In this document: positions 16,963 to 25,558 of the stretch, piece after piece
Layout: the number at the start of each line of letters is the position of its first letter
How positions within the stretch are numbered: the stretch's first letter is position 1
The notes under the pieces: generated by a model
The model's input: the letters and a program-made list of their open reading frames with translations, nothing else
Told to the model about the DNA's origin: nothing
Databases searched by the model: none
IMG/VR virus record: IMGVR_UViG_3300010236_000011
Span: 1 to 29,824 of that record
Direction: 5' to 3' (one strand)
DNA from: a virus
Taxonomy: Duplodnaviria > Caudoviricetes
DNA: 29,824 nt
Made by a program: the position numbers and the translations under genes

Positions 16963-18183
16963 TTAAGATGCCTGAAGGCTAATCGGTTTCAAACCAGGGA
17001 TTACCGGTCGCGGTCGGCACCTGCACCAGGGATGCACAAGAGCCCCGGGCATCCATCCCTCTTTAATGTCCCCGATTTTGGAGGCCTTGCGATCCACATT
17101 CATGCCCCCGGTTTCCGCGATAATCCCCATGATTTCCTTTAACTTAAAGATCTTCGGTGTAATGCCATCGGGTTCTAGGTACAAGGCTTTGCAGTGCCTG
17201 CAGGCGTCCGGCTGCACCAGATAATAAATTTCCTCGACACCATCTTCCTGCAGAGATTGCAGAGTGCCCAGGTTCTGGCTATATCTCGTTTCGCTGACGG
17301 CCACCCGATGCCAGTCACGGGTAGGATCCTCTTGCCGGAAGACATTGTGTATTTCGGTGGACAGCTGGCGCCACGAGGTTGCTATCTTATCCGCGGGCAG
17401 AGTTCTGAGTTCGGCCCAATTTAGTGTAAGTAAACCTTCCGGTGCAAAGGGCATTTGTTTTAGATCCCTGGCCATATACTTGGTGACTATATCCCGCAGG
17501 ACTCGCTTGTTTTGATTAAGCGCCATAGTGCCCGCCTGCTTGGCCAACTGCTCCCCATAGCCAGTAATGTAAGTCGCCGCGTTGCCGCGGGCCATCTCAA
17601 TTGCCAGTTGGTCAGCTCTGCTCAAAGGAAGTTGCCTGGCCAATTGCTTCATGTGCTCGTAACTATCTCCGTCCCGCAGGACCTGGTATAACCGGCCGGA
17701 AATGTATGCGTCTTCGATGCCGCCGGCCAGATTAACATCGGGTAGAATTATTCCAGATCGTTTCCAGCGCTCTTCGATAGCTTTCGGGATGTTCCATTGT
17801 TCCGTCCCTCTAATTCCCAACCCCATGGCTCTCTTGAAATGCAACTCGATCAATCGTTTTAACTCGTCTATTTCGGCCTGCGATAAGAGTAGGGGGGGGC
17901 GTGGAGGGGATTTTCGTAACAACCGGCTTTTGTTCAAATCCCAACGGAAGCGGTAGGCAAACCATTTTTCAATGTTCCGACCCAAGATGTCCAAGATAGT
18001 CTTTACCCGGCTTGTCATGACTTCAACGATTTCTCGCATATAGCGATCTGGTATCTCATACTCCTGCCAAGACTTGACCAACATCTCCATCACGGGAGCA
18101 GCCACATCTTCAGCTAGGGCGACGGTTGCCAGGCTTTTGGCCAGCTCCAGTTCCGAGAGATTATGTCGCACCTCGATTTTCAC
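16963..18183 (-). CDS. Minor head protein / head morphogenesis protein (MuF/SPP1 gp7-like)
   Basis: 'WHRVAVSE', 'ACRHC', C-terminal 'HPWCRC'; downstream of portal. Confidence 0.85.
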   Translation of the reverse strand: MKIEVRHNLSELELAKSLATVALAEDVAAPVMEMLVKSWQEYEIPDRYMREIVEVMTSRVKTILDILGRNIEKWFAYRFRWDLNKSRLLRKSPPRPPLLLSQAEIDELKRLIELHFKRAMGLGIRGTEQWNIPKAIEERWKRSGIILPDVNLAGGIEDAYISGRLYQVLRDGDSYEHMKQLARQLPLSRADQLAIEMARGNAATYITGYGEQLAKQAGTMALNQNKRVLRDIVTKYMARDLKQMPFAPEGLLTLNWAELRTLPADKIATSWRQLSTEIHNVFRQEDPTRDWHRVAVSETRYSQNLGTLQSLQEDGVEEIYYLVQPDACRHCKALYLEPDGITPKIFKLKEIMGIIAETGGMNVDRKASKIGDIKEGWMPGALVHPWCRCRPRPVIPGLKPISLQAS

Positions 18184-19226
18184 AGCCGTGCCGCCCCCTC
18201 TCGCATGGCGTTATCTCTTTCAGCCGCCCGTGCCGCCTGCCATAGAAACACTATTCGACCAGCCCGGTCTGGTAGTATTCCCTCTGATCCCAAGATCACG
18301 GCTCCGTTTTCTACTCGAAAAGGCGCTTTTTCCTCCGGGTTATACTGAAAACCCCGTACGCTCAACACCGTCTCGGTCGGCATTTTCTCCAGCGTATTCC
18401 GGATCATGCCGAGCAGCCACCCCTTGAGGGCCTGGCGATTGACAGCCATTTTCTTGGGCAGACGATGGTCTTCAACAGCCCTGGCCAAGATTTTGGGCGA
18501 AATGTTAATAAGATCGCCATCAGATAAGCCGGCTAACAGCTCACTGATATGGTGTTCTTTTTGCTGGGCCGCGGTCAGTTGTCGCTTTTGGAGTACCACC
18601 CGAAGGCCTTTACCTAACTTGCCGGGCCCGACCTCGGGTAAGTCGCTGTTATTCTCTATACCTGCCTCCAGGTATTCCAAAAGCTGCTGAGGTACATATA
18701 CCCGCATTGATGGTTTACCTTGATTATGGTAGGCCGCCGCCCGGTGATTACCATCCGCCAGTCCCAGTTTACCGTTGTCATAGAGTGCATCAGCAATAGC
18801 CGGCGTAACCGGCCCTCTATCATTCAGGTGCTTTAGCAGCCGTCGAAACTTGAAAATATGAAAATCAAAGTGATTGACCTGCCCCCGAACTTTTCCGCCG
18901 TGCTCGCGGTAATAGGCCAACCGTTCCTTATCAAGGGGCCGGGTTAACTCGCTCTTGATCGCCTTGATGGCCGCCTGCCTCTGCGCTTCCGTTTGTGGAT
19001 TGATGCTGCCAAAGTTAAAGCCGCCCCAATCAATTTTGCCATCAGTGGCATATTCCAAAGCGGCCAGGTAGCTATCCCAAACGTTAATCTTGGCCATGGG
19101 AACGCAGGTTAGAACTAAGGGTCCATATTTCGCCACCAGTGCCCGGATCCTGACTGGCTCCGTATAACCAACCTGCCGTGCGTATTCGTAAGCTTCTCTG
19201 CCGTCCAACATATGTTTAAGGCCCAT
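18180..19226 (-). CDS. ParB/Srx-like domain protein
   Basis: 'LADGNHRAAAY' ParB box; 348 aa. Confidence 0.65.
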   Translation of the reverse strand: MGLKHMLDGREAYEYARQVGYTEPVRIRALVAKYGPLVLTCVPMAKINVWDSYLAALEYATDGKIDWGGFNFGSINPQTEAQRQAAIKAIKSELTRPLDKERLAYYREHGGKVRGQVNHFDFHIFKFRRLLKHLNDRGPVTPAIADALYDNGKLGLADGNHRAAAYHNQGKPSMRVYVPQQLLEYLEAGIENNSDLPEVGPGKLGKGLRVVLQKRQLTAAQQKEHHISELLAGLSDGDLINISPKILARAVEDHRLPKKMAVNRQALKGWLLGMIRNTLEKMPTETVLSVRGFQYNPEEKAPFRVENGAVILGSEGILPDRAGRIVFLWQAARAAERDNAMREGAARL

Positions 19227-19246
19227 ACCCGCAAACCTCCCAGAAG

Positions 19247-19588
19247 TTACAATAGCGCAGCGTATTTGAGCATATCACGGCGCTTCTGTCTGGCTTCCCA
19301 CCGTTCCAAGGCTACTTCTTCAATGCTTTTAGGGTACACGGTGATCACTATGTGTGTCTTCGTATCCGCCACGGCTGCTATTTCGCGTTCCTCATCCCAG
19401 ACCTCTTTTATATCTCCTTCGTCATGAAGTACTTCCAAACTCCTATAGAATAAAGCCAATATAATCAATGCCGCTTGGCCGCGGCCGGCCTCTCTGTCTA
19501 TTCGTTCGATATACTGATCAACGGCATGATGGCTGGTCTTCCACTCCTTGTTGCCGAGATAAATGCGCATGGCGTTCACCTCCGCCAT
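19247..19588 (-). CDS. Hypothetical protein, possible BECR/DUF4258-like ribonuclease fold
   Basis: 'SHHAVDQYIER' ... 'IVITVY' pattern. Confidence 0.5.
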   Translation of the reverse strand: MAEVNAMRIYLGNKEWKTSHHAVDQYIERIDREAGRGQAALIILALFYRSLEVLHDEGDIKEVWDEEREIAAVADTKTHIVITVYPKSIEEVALERWEARQKRRDMLKYAALL

Positions 19589-20025
19589 TAAGCGCCGATT
19601 ATTTGGGTTTCAGTGATTCCCATGAAGGTATAGCCGCAGTGTTTATCCCTCCAAGTGAAAGGAGTAGGAAACTCGCGGCATAATTCTGGCCTGGAGGTAT
19701 AAATGGCGCAACGGGTTTTTATCTCTGGCGTCCAGACCGTCACTTCTTTCCTGTTGTCGTCAACAAGATGCCGACAACGTAAAAGATGATAATCCATGCC
19801 CAATTTACGACCATTCAGATCCTGCTGCCCCGGTAGTTCTCTTTGCGGCTCACTTCGGCTTTCCTTACCAGGTTCATAGATGGCCACATCCAAGGGCAAT
19901 CTATATTTTGCCAATGCTTCTGTAGCGGCCTCGTAAGTAAGAGGACTGCCATTAAGCCAGAGCACAAATCCAATACAACAACTGCCACATCGCCGGCAAG
20001 CGCCCAGGCGCCTGTAATCAGCCAT
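19588..20025 (-). CDS. YkgJ-family CxxCxxCC (Zn/Fe-S cluster) protein
   Basis: 'CRRCGSCC', 'CRHL', 'CAIYTSRPELCREFP'. Confidence 0.85.
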   Translation of the reverse strand: MADYRRLGACRRCGSCCIGFVLWLNGSPLTYEAATEALAKYRLPLDVAIYEPGKESRSEPQRELPGQQDLNGRKLGMDYHLLRCRHLVDDNRKEVTVWTPEIKTRCAIYTSRPELCREFPTPFTWRDKHCGYTFMGITETQIIGA

Positions 20026-20026
20026 C

Positions 20027-21694
20027 TTAACTCACCACCCTGATCTCTAAATACTTATCACTCCCGAACGACTTGCTCTTGTTGACGGTCTCGGCCTGTT
20101 GATCCTCCTGTTTCTTATCGCCACCCGGTTGACCTACATCTGGCTGGTAATTACCGTCCCCACTGGATTGTTCCTTGGTTTCATTTCGGTTGCCGTCCGT
20201 CTGTTCCCGCCCCGGTTGGCCTTGTTGTTGTGCGGCCGCCATGGCCTGGGCCTGGAAGTAGTAAGGGTTGTTAATGTACTGGCCGGCGCCATTGGCCAGT
20301 TTGCTTAGTCCCTGACGGGCCCGTACTTCATCTACCGTCAGATAGGCCTGACCTTCCACATTAAGGCGGTCTACAACGGCCTTTTGGTCTTCCATGTTTA
20401 GGCCCGTCCAGATCACTCGCAGGTCTGGATATCGCGGCTTAATAATCGCCCTAGTTAGCCATTCAGCCATGTTCTCCAGGATGTCGCCAAGGCCCTCATC
20501 CTGGGATAGATTGATCAGTGCCTCGGCATTCTGATGACTGAAAATAGACTGGCCGCTACCAGCATCGGTACTAAAATTGATAATACCAGGGTGCATCCGG
20601 TAGGCTGCCGCTTTCAGGTTGATGACGATGCGAATAAGCTCGGCAAACTGCATATCCTTAGGCGTATCGCGCAGCTTCAAAAGTTTCCCGTCGAAGGATT
20701 CTTTATCGCCGCCAGGTACCACCGGCAACCGCCAATTTTGGCCCGGCCCTACATCACCGAGGATCTGGCGCTTGAAGGCTTCTAACCCTTCCGGATCGTA
20801 GTCCCCAAGTAGGACTAGAATTGCCTCCGGGTAGTTTTGCTTAAATAGTTCAGTGTTGTATCGCCAGGATTGAATAAAGGCGTCGGTGAACTCCAGGCTC
20901 TGTTCAAGAGCCGAAATGCCATAACCCCAATAGTCAATCTCTGAAGCGGGATTGGTGATATCTACAGACATCTCATCTTCGGTCCAAGCCGCGACTATTT
21001 GTTCATCAATGACCTGTATCCAGGCCGCCTTTGTAAGGTCGATGTCATTGGCGTAGGACATACGTTCGGCTGCTCTGTCAATATTGGTTTCGCCGTTTTC
21101 CACCATCCAAGGGAGCAGGACCTGCAGGCGGGGACGGACGGTAGCGGGGTCTATGTAGTGATATTGCACCGGCCGGCCGCGGCGGTCCCGGTAGATTACG
21201 ATTGCCTTGCGATCCAGGATCAACTCGTCTTTAGCGGCTTCCACAAAGAAATGTTTTACGGTAGAATGCACTTCTCGCGTCGGTGTTTCCAAAATGCGCT
21301 CTACCTCGTCACAGCGCTTGTCAATGTCCTTTTGCTCGGTCGGGGCAGGTCTGAAATTCGGGTCATTCCATTGATCGTGTACTACTTTAAAACCCAGTTG
21401 CCGTTCATTGAGCGCCCGTTGGGCCATGTGCCTAACCTGCACTACCCTGGCCGCAATGATAACCTTATCGATAGGAGAGCCCTTGGCCACTTCTCGCAGG
21501 AAGGCAAAGGAGGGGGTACGGATAGGCTTCTCTTGGCCAAACAGAGCCGTCTGGCGCCAACGGTTATAGTTGCTGAAGAAACGGCCTCGTTTCTGGCGCT
21601 CGCTTTCTTCGGCCTTCGCCTTCATTAGTTCCCATGTCCCGTCGGGGACCATAATGCCGCTTTTCAATTGGGTATATCCAGGCAACACGGTCAT
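20027..21694 (-). CDS. Portal protein
   Basis: 555 aa after terL; 'YGISALE', 'KDMQF', 'LTVDEVRARQGL'. Confidence 0.9.
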   Translation of the reverse strand: MTVLPGYTQLKSGIMVPDGTWELMKAKAEESERQKRGRFFSNYNRWRQTALFGQEKPIRTPSFAFLREVAKGSPIDKVIIAARVVQVRHMAQRALNERQLGFKVVHDQWNDPNFRPAPTEQKDIDKRCDEVERILETPTREVHSTVKHFFVEAAKDELILDRKAIVIYRDRRGRPVQYHYIDPATVRPRLQVLLPWMVENGETNIDRAAERMSYANDIDLTKAAWIQVIDEQIVAAWTEDEMSVDITNPASEIDYWGYGISALEQSLEFTDAFIQSWRYNTELFKQNYPEAILVLLGDYDPEGLEAFKRQILGDVGPGQNWRLPVVPGGDKESFDGKLLKLRDTPKDMQFAELIRIVINLKAAAYRMHPGIINFSTDAGSGQSIFSHQNAEALINLSQDEGLGDILENMAEWLTRAIIKPRYPDLRVIWTGLNMEDQKAVVDRLNVEGQAYLTVDEVRARQGLSKLANGAGQYINNPYYFQAQAMAAAQQQGQPGREQTDGNRNETKEQSSGDGNYQPDVGQPGGDKKQEDQQAETVNKSKSFGSDKYLEIRVVS

Positions 21695-21924
21695 AAGCTA
21701 GCACCTCTCCGTTCCGGTTTCGGCGCCAAGGCCTGCTCTAGGCGTTCCAACTCCGCACGCTGTTTCCCGTCATAGCAATCAGGACAGCGAATATCTTTGA
21801 CTTGACCGAATTGCACCAGCACATACCGGGGGCCATCCGCAATCCGGCTGGCACACTTGCCGCACCGATATGGTTCGCTGTTTTCCACCTGTTGCCACAG
21901 GGCCAAACGATAAGGGTTAAACAT
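21691..21924 (-). CDS. Small zinc-finger protein
   Basis: CGKC...CPDC; ATG overlaps the terL stop (TAATG). Confidence 0.6.
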   Translation of the reverse strand: MFNPYRLALWQQVENSEPYRCGKCASRIADGPRYVLVQFGQVKDIRCPDCYDGKQRAELERLEQALAPKPERRGASL

Positions 21925-23612
21925 TAGAACCACTCCTCGAAGGCTTTTTTTCCGCCGCTGGCGCATTGAATTGCATTCTCGAAAGCATCCAGCAAGTCAT
22001 CGGCCGGGCTATTCGGGTACTGCACCGCCTCGTTGTAAAATTGCTGGAAGTACTGGTCCGGCTGCCGCGTATTGGGATCACCCTTGATCCAAACCTGCCC
22101 GTTCTCAAAATACACCGACAGGGCGGTGATCCTGGTAAATTTGGCTCCTGTATTACTTAGTTTTTTGACCGGCAGAACCGCCTTGGCCAGCATCGTTACG
22201 CCCTGGGCCAGGGCTTTCTGGTATCCCTGTTTTTCAATGCCTATCTTTCGCGGATGCCAGGCATTGGCTTGTTCAATGATTAGTCGCACCTGCTTGGGAA
22301 AGTCTATTTTGCCTGCATACGGCCAGAGAATAACGATATCCTTGGTTTTAGTAACGCCAATGGTCAGGTGGGCAAAAAAGTGCGCACTGGCCGTCTCTTC
22401 GATTGCCGGGTCCACGCCTTGGAATATCTCCAGGAGTTCGCCCTTGAAATACCACTTGTTGTTCTTTACCTCCAGATCCTGTTTTGTGTAGAACCGCCAC
22501 CACTTGGGAGGGAATATTTGCGTTGTTTCATCTATGGGCTGGTTCATGTACTCCTGGTTGTACTTCAGGGTACCTATTTGCACCCGCAACTGGCGCAGTG
22601 TCTCCAGCGGATAGCGTGTAGGCCAAAGGGATGCGCCGTCTTCTTTAACAGCCCGGTATGTTTTCTGAATGTAAACCGACGCATGTTCGGCTTTAGGGTT
22701 TAACAGCTTAGCCAGCAGGCTGTCGTAGTGAAGGATAGTACCTATAACAATCAGGTCACCCTCCGCCGGGTCCAGCATGGGAACCACTACGGCGTTGAAC
22801 CAGGCCCATGCCTTGGCCCGGGCGTCCTCGGTGATAACGTGGTCGTCATTCTCCACGTCATCTAGAATGGCCAGATCCGGCCGGTAACTCCTGTACTTCA
22901 TGCCGCGCAGCTGGGTACCGGTGCCGCGGACCGTAACCCTGGTCCGCCAAGTAACCACCGGCTTGCCACGGAGAGAGAGCACCGGCAGGCCATCCTCATC
23001 CCGCTGGCAGTGGACTACTATGATGTCGGTATTGGTCCACCGCTCGCCGTAGAAGTCGCCCTTTAGATCACCGAAATCCTCCTGCAGCCTTTCGTTTTCC
23101 TCGATTTCCTTCCGGACATCTACCAGGAACTGTTCCGCTGCTGTTGCCCGATTGGAAATGATTACGGCAAAGCGTTTCTTTTGGTAACACAAGGCGTGAA
23201 TAAGGTGCAAAAATGTTATCCTGGTTGACTTGGCGAAACCGCGGGGGGCGGCTACCACCAATCCTTTTTTCTCACCACGGATCCGCATGTCTTGAGCTTC
23301 AGATACTAAATCGTCTAACTCAAAGTGAAACTCCGGCGTTTCATCTCTAAAGATATGGGGAAAATAATACCGGGCGAAAAATTCTAAGTCGGTTTTACCC
23401 CTCTGAACCCTCGCTTGACGCGCCAGGTTCCTGGCTTTCCGCAACAGTTCCAGCTTCCAGGCCGTCGGCCAGTCTTGCCAAAGCCGCGGTAACTGCTGCA
23501 TTTGCCGCATCAGGTTGGCCGCCTGCTCCTGAAGCGCCGCCTTGTAGGACTGCGGCAAGTCCCGTGAGAGCTGCTGCAATTGCTCGGTCAATTGTCTGGC
23601 TGGCTCGCTCAT
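21924..23612 (-). CDS. terL: Terminase large subunit
   Basis: Walker A 'APRGFAKST', Walker B 'RPDLAILDDVE', coupling 'IGT', nuclease 'GVDPA' and 'DDLLDA'. Confidence 0.95.
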   Translation of the reverse strand: MSEPARQLTEQLQQLSRDLPQSYKAALQEQAANLMRQMQQLPRLWQDWPTAWKLELLRKARNLARQARVQRGKTDLEFFARYYFPHIFRDETPEFHFELDDLVSEAQDMRIRGEKKGLVVAAPRGFAKSTRITFLHLIHALCYQKKRFAVIISNRATAAEQFLVDVRKEIEENERLQEDFGDLKGDFYGERWTNTDIIVVHCQRDEDGLPVLSLRGKPVVTWRTRVTVRGTGTQLRGMKYRSYRPDLAILDDVENDDHVITEDARAKAWAWFNAVVVPMLDPAEGDLIVIGTILHYDSLLAKLLNPKAEHASVYIQKTYRAVKEDGASLWPTRYPLETLRQLRVQIGTLKYNQEYMNQPIDETTQIFPPKWWRFYTKQDLEVKNNKWYFKGELLEIFQGVDPAIEETASAHFFAHLTIGVTKTKDIVILWPYAGKIDFPKQVRLIIEQANAWHPRKIGIEKQGYQKALAQGVTMLAKAVLPVKKLSNTGAKFTRITALSVYFENGQVWIKGDPNTRQPDQYFQQFYNEAVQYPNSPADDLLDAFENAIQCASGGKKAFEEWF

Positions 23613-24021
23613 CTAAGGTCACCGTCGCTTGCATATTGCCGGTTAGGTTGGCGTCTATCTTCTCGACATGGTTCCACCTGCCGGATTGTTTCAGGCCAAT
23701 TTCAATAGCCTTCACGTCGCCCATGCGCATCCGCTTGGCCAGGGCTTTGATTGCGGCCGGCGTTTCCGACCAGAGGTATTCGTCCACCAGGGTATTAACC
23801 GCTTCTTTAAAACCAGGCAATTGCTTGTACCGGGTTACGGTTTCCGGCCTCACCTTTAATACCTCAAGCGCAAACTGCTCTTGTGTCATCTTGACGCCGT
23901 TCCATTCCTTGCCAGCCGCAAGGAACTGGATAAACTTGAGCACGCCTGGCGGGTAATTGTAATTGAGATCTCTTGCTGTTTCCTCAGATACTTTCCGCGG
24001 CTTTTTCTTTTTGGCCGCCAT
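23395..24021 (-). CDS. terS: Terminase small subunit (HTH, phBC6A51-like)
   Basis: HTH 'TQEQFALEVLKVRPETVTRYKQLPGF', 'GDVKAIEI'; immediately upstream of terL; GGGGGAG RBS. Confidence 0.75.
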   Translation of the reverse strand: MAAKKKKPRKVSEETARDLNYNYPPGVLKFIQFLAAGKEWNGVKMTQEQFALEVLKVRPETVTRYKQLPGFKEAVNTLVDEYLWSETPAAIKALAKRMRMGDVKAIEIGLKQSGRWNHVEKIDANLTGNMQATVTLDERASQTIDRAIAAALTGLAAVLQGGASGAGGQPDAANAAVTAALARLADGLEAGTVAESQEPGASSEGSEG

Positions 24022-24071
24022 AACGCATCTCCCCCTGTCAGGGTCCTTGGCGGCAATATTTTCCTACTTCC

Positions 24072-24100
24072 AACCTAAAGCCGCCGTCATGTAAAGTCAA
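24072..24100 (-). promoter_or_regulatory. Possible sigma-A promoter for terS
   Basis: TTGACT-17 bp-TAGGTT. Confidence 0.4.
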
Positions 24101-24128
24101 GCTATCGGGTCAAATGTCTCGCGAATTT

Positions 24129-24171
24129 AAGATAACACCGATTCCTGCTTGCTAGTAGCGTGCTAATAGCA
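24129..24171 (-). promoter_or_regulatory. Putative activator-dependent late promoter: tandem palindromic 11-mers plus extended -10
   Basis: TGCTAGTAGCG/TGCTAATAGCA at 24150-24171, upstream of GTGTTATCTT. Confidence 0.45.
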
Positions 24172-24172
24172 T

Positions 24173-24370
24173 TTATTTGCCTGTTACTTTCATCCAGAAC
24201 CTGCTACCGCAGGAACAAGAATAGGCGGGTACGGTGGTTTCCTCTGAAAAGTAATGTAACGCCCCACACTTGGCGCAACGCCAAACCTTGGATTTAATCC
24301 GCTCCTCGGGCTTAGGATCGATCCTATCAGGAAACCGCCCAATCTTTCGTATAACATCGTGTTCATCCAT
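24173..24370 (-). CDS. Small zinc-ribbon protein
   Basis: CAKC...CSC; ATG at 24370 follows AAGGGAG (longer annotated start overlaps another gene). Confidence 0.6.
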   Translation of the reverse strand: MDEHDVIRKIGRFPDRIDPKPEERIKSKVWRCAKCGALHYFSEETTVPAYSCSCGSRFWMKVTGK

Positions 24371-24389
24371 AAGGCCAATTACTCCCTTA

Positions 24390-24554
24390 TCACTGCTTAT
24401 AAAATCTAACCGCATCCGCCTTCCCCTGTAAAACCTGGATGGCATCCCGCAGGCGGCCAATAACACCCACATACTTATAGTTGACAGGCCTCGCTATAAC
24501 CCACCGGCCATCAATACAAACCTGAGTGTCCTTTAGATCGTCTGCCTTCAACAT
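24390..24554 (-). CDS. Small phage protein (54 aa, missed by ORF track)
   Basis: MLKADDLKDTQVCIDGRWVIARPVNYKYVGVIGRLRDAIQVLQGKADAVRFYKQ. Resembles the recurring phage 'WVxARP...RL..A..V..GKADA' family; abuts the upstream stop. Confidence 0.6.
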   Translation of the reverse strand: MLKADDLKDTQVCIDGRWVIARPVNYKYVGVIGRLRDAIQVLQGKADAVRFYKQ

Positions 24555-24794
24555 TTATTTCAGACCACCTTCCGCAAGGGTAATTTCATCCTGCTTTCGC
24601 CTTCTCAACTCGTAACCGGCCCAGTAGTACCGCTTCCAAAATTCCCGCCGGCGGCGCTCCTCTGTCTGGGCAATCGTTTCCTCGGCCAGAAGGCCGCGGA
24701 AAAATACCACAGCTATACCATGCTCATAATCAATGCTAAACCGGTCGAGACCACCCGCTTCAAGCCTAGTCTTTATATCCCTGTAGGTGACCAC
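24555..24794 (-). CDS. Hypothetical protein
   Basis: 79 aa, GTG start after AGGAGGTG. Confidence 0.6.
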   Translation of the reverse strand: MVTYRDIKTRLEAGGLDRFSIDYEHGIAVVFFRGLLAEETIAQTEERRRREFWKRYYWAGYELRRRKQDEITLAEGGLK

Positions 24795-24806
24795 TCAGTC
24801 CACCTC

Positions 24807-25031
24807 CTACTTTTTACGACGTCTGGTGCCAGCCGCTCGAACGCCCTCAACGGCCATAACTCCGCAGTCCGCACAGGCCCAAGCCTTTTGCTCGCCTTTT
24901 ACATTGGTCATGATGGTGTCAGGGATCATCTTCCCTCGGCGAGGGAATTCTCTCGGGTCGCTGCACGGCACATGCCACCAGTAACCAGACTCGAAAACGA
25001 ATTGGCGATTATCCGCACTTTGCCGCCCCAT
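24807..25031 (-). CDS. Hypothetical protein
   Basis: 74 aa, AAGGAG RBS. Confidence 0.55.
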   Translation of the reverse strand: MGRQSADNRQFVFESGYWWHVPCSDPREFPRRGKMIPDTIMTNVKGEQKAWACADCGVMAVEGVRAAGTRRRKK

Positions 25032-25173
25032 CCATCCGGTCTCCTTCCTTGCCCCTTGCTTTTAGTTTCTCAACGATCCGGTTCATATGTTCGGTAGCCA
25101 CCGCCTGGGCATTGATCGCCTCGGCCAAGGCAGGGTTTACAAAATTCCGGCTCACCCGTCCATTGTCATACAT
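25009..25173 (-). CDS. Small hypothetical protein (54 aa, missed by ORF track)
   Basis: MYDNGRVSRNFVNPALAEAINAQAVATEHMNRIVEKLKARGKEGDRMDGAAKCG fills the gap and overlaps both neighbours; GAGGG RBS. Confidence 0.45.
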   Translation of the reverse strand: MYDNGRVSRNFVNPALAEAINAQAVATEHMNRIVEKLKARGKEGDRMDGAAKCG

Positions 25174-25558
25174 GATCTTCCCTCGCTTCCGCCATATGTT
25201 TTTGTGGCGGCACTCGACCTATCGAAGCCACATCGTCTTCTACCACAAGGATCCGCCTGACTCCCACAACCAGCTTGGTCCCAGTTACTCCTGGTATACG
25301 AAACCGGGAACCCGCTCTTAAATCAGTTTTACTAAGGAAACCCGCCACCAACGACCTGTCTTGTATGACAATATCGGAGAATGCTGCGTCAAAAAGCAAG
25401 TCTGACCCGGTTATAGTATCTTCGCCTTGTTTTCCCGCGGCCAGTAATGCCGCCGTAAAAAATCCAGCCATTCCTCCTAAGATTCCTGCTATGATTACCC
25501 ATAGGATATTCACCGGGTGTCCCTCCTTTATTCGGCCCTTGCCTGTTCCATGTAGCAA
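25166..25558 (-). CDS. Hypothetical membrane-anchored protein
   Basis: Hydrophobic 'ILWVIIAGILGGMAGFFTAALLAAG'; true start probably GTG near 25513 after AAGGAGG. Confidence 0.6.
   Translation of the reverse strand: MLHGTGKGRIKEGHPVNILWVIIAGILGGMAGFFTAALLAAGKQGEDTITGSDLLFDAAFSDIVIQDRSLVAGFLSKTDLRAGSRFRIPGVTGTKLVVGVRRILVVEDDVASIGRVPPQKHMAEAREDHV

Noticed and set aside
24371-24472. Long start of the 24173 ORF
   Set aside because: Region is better explained by the 54-aa ORF at 24390-24554 in another frame
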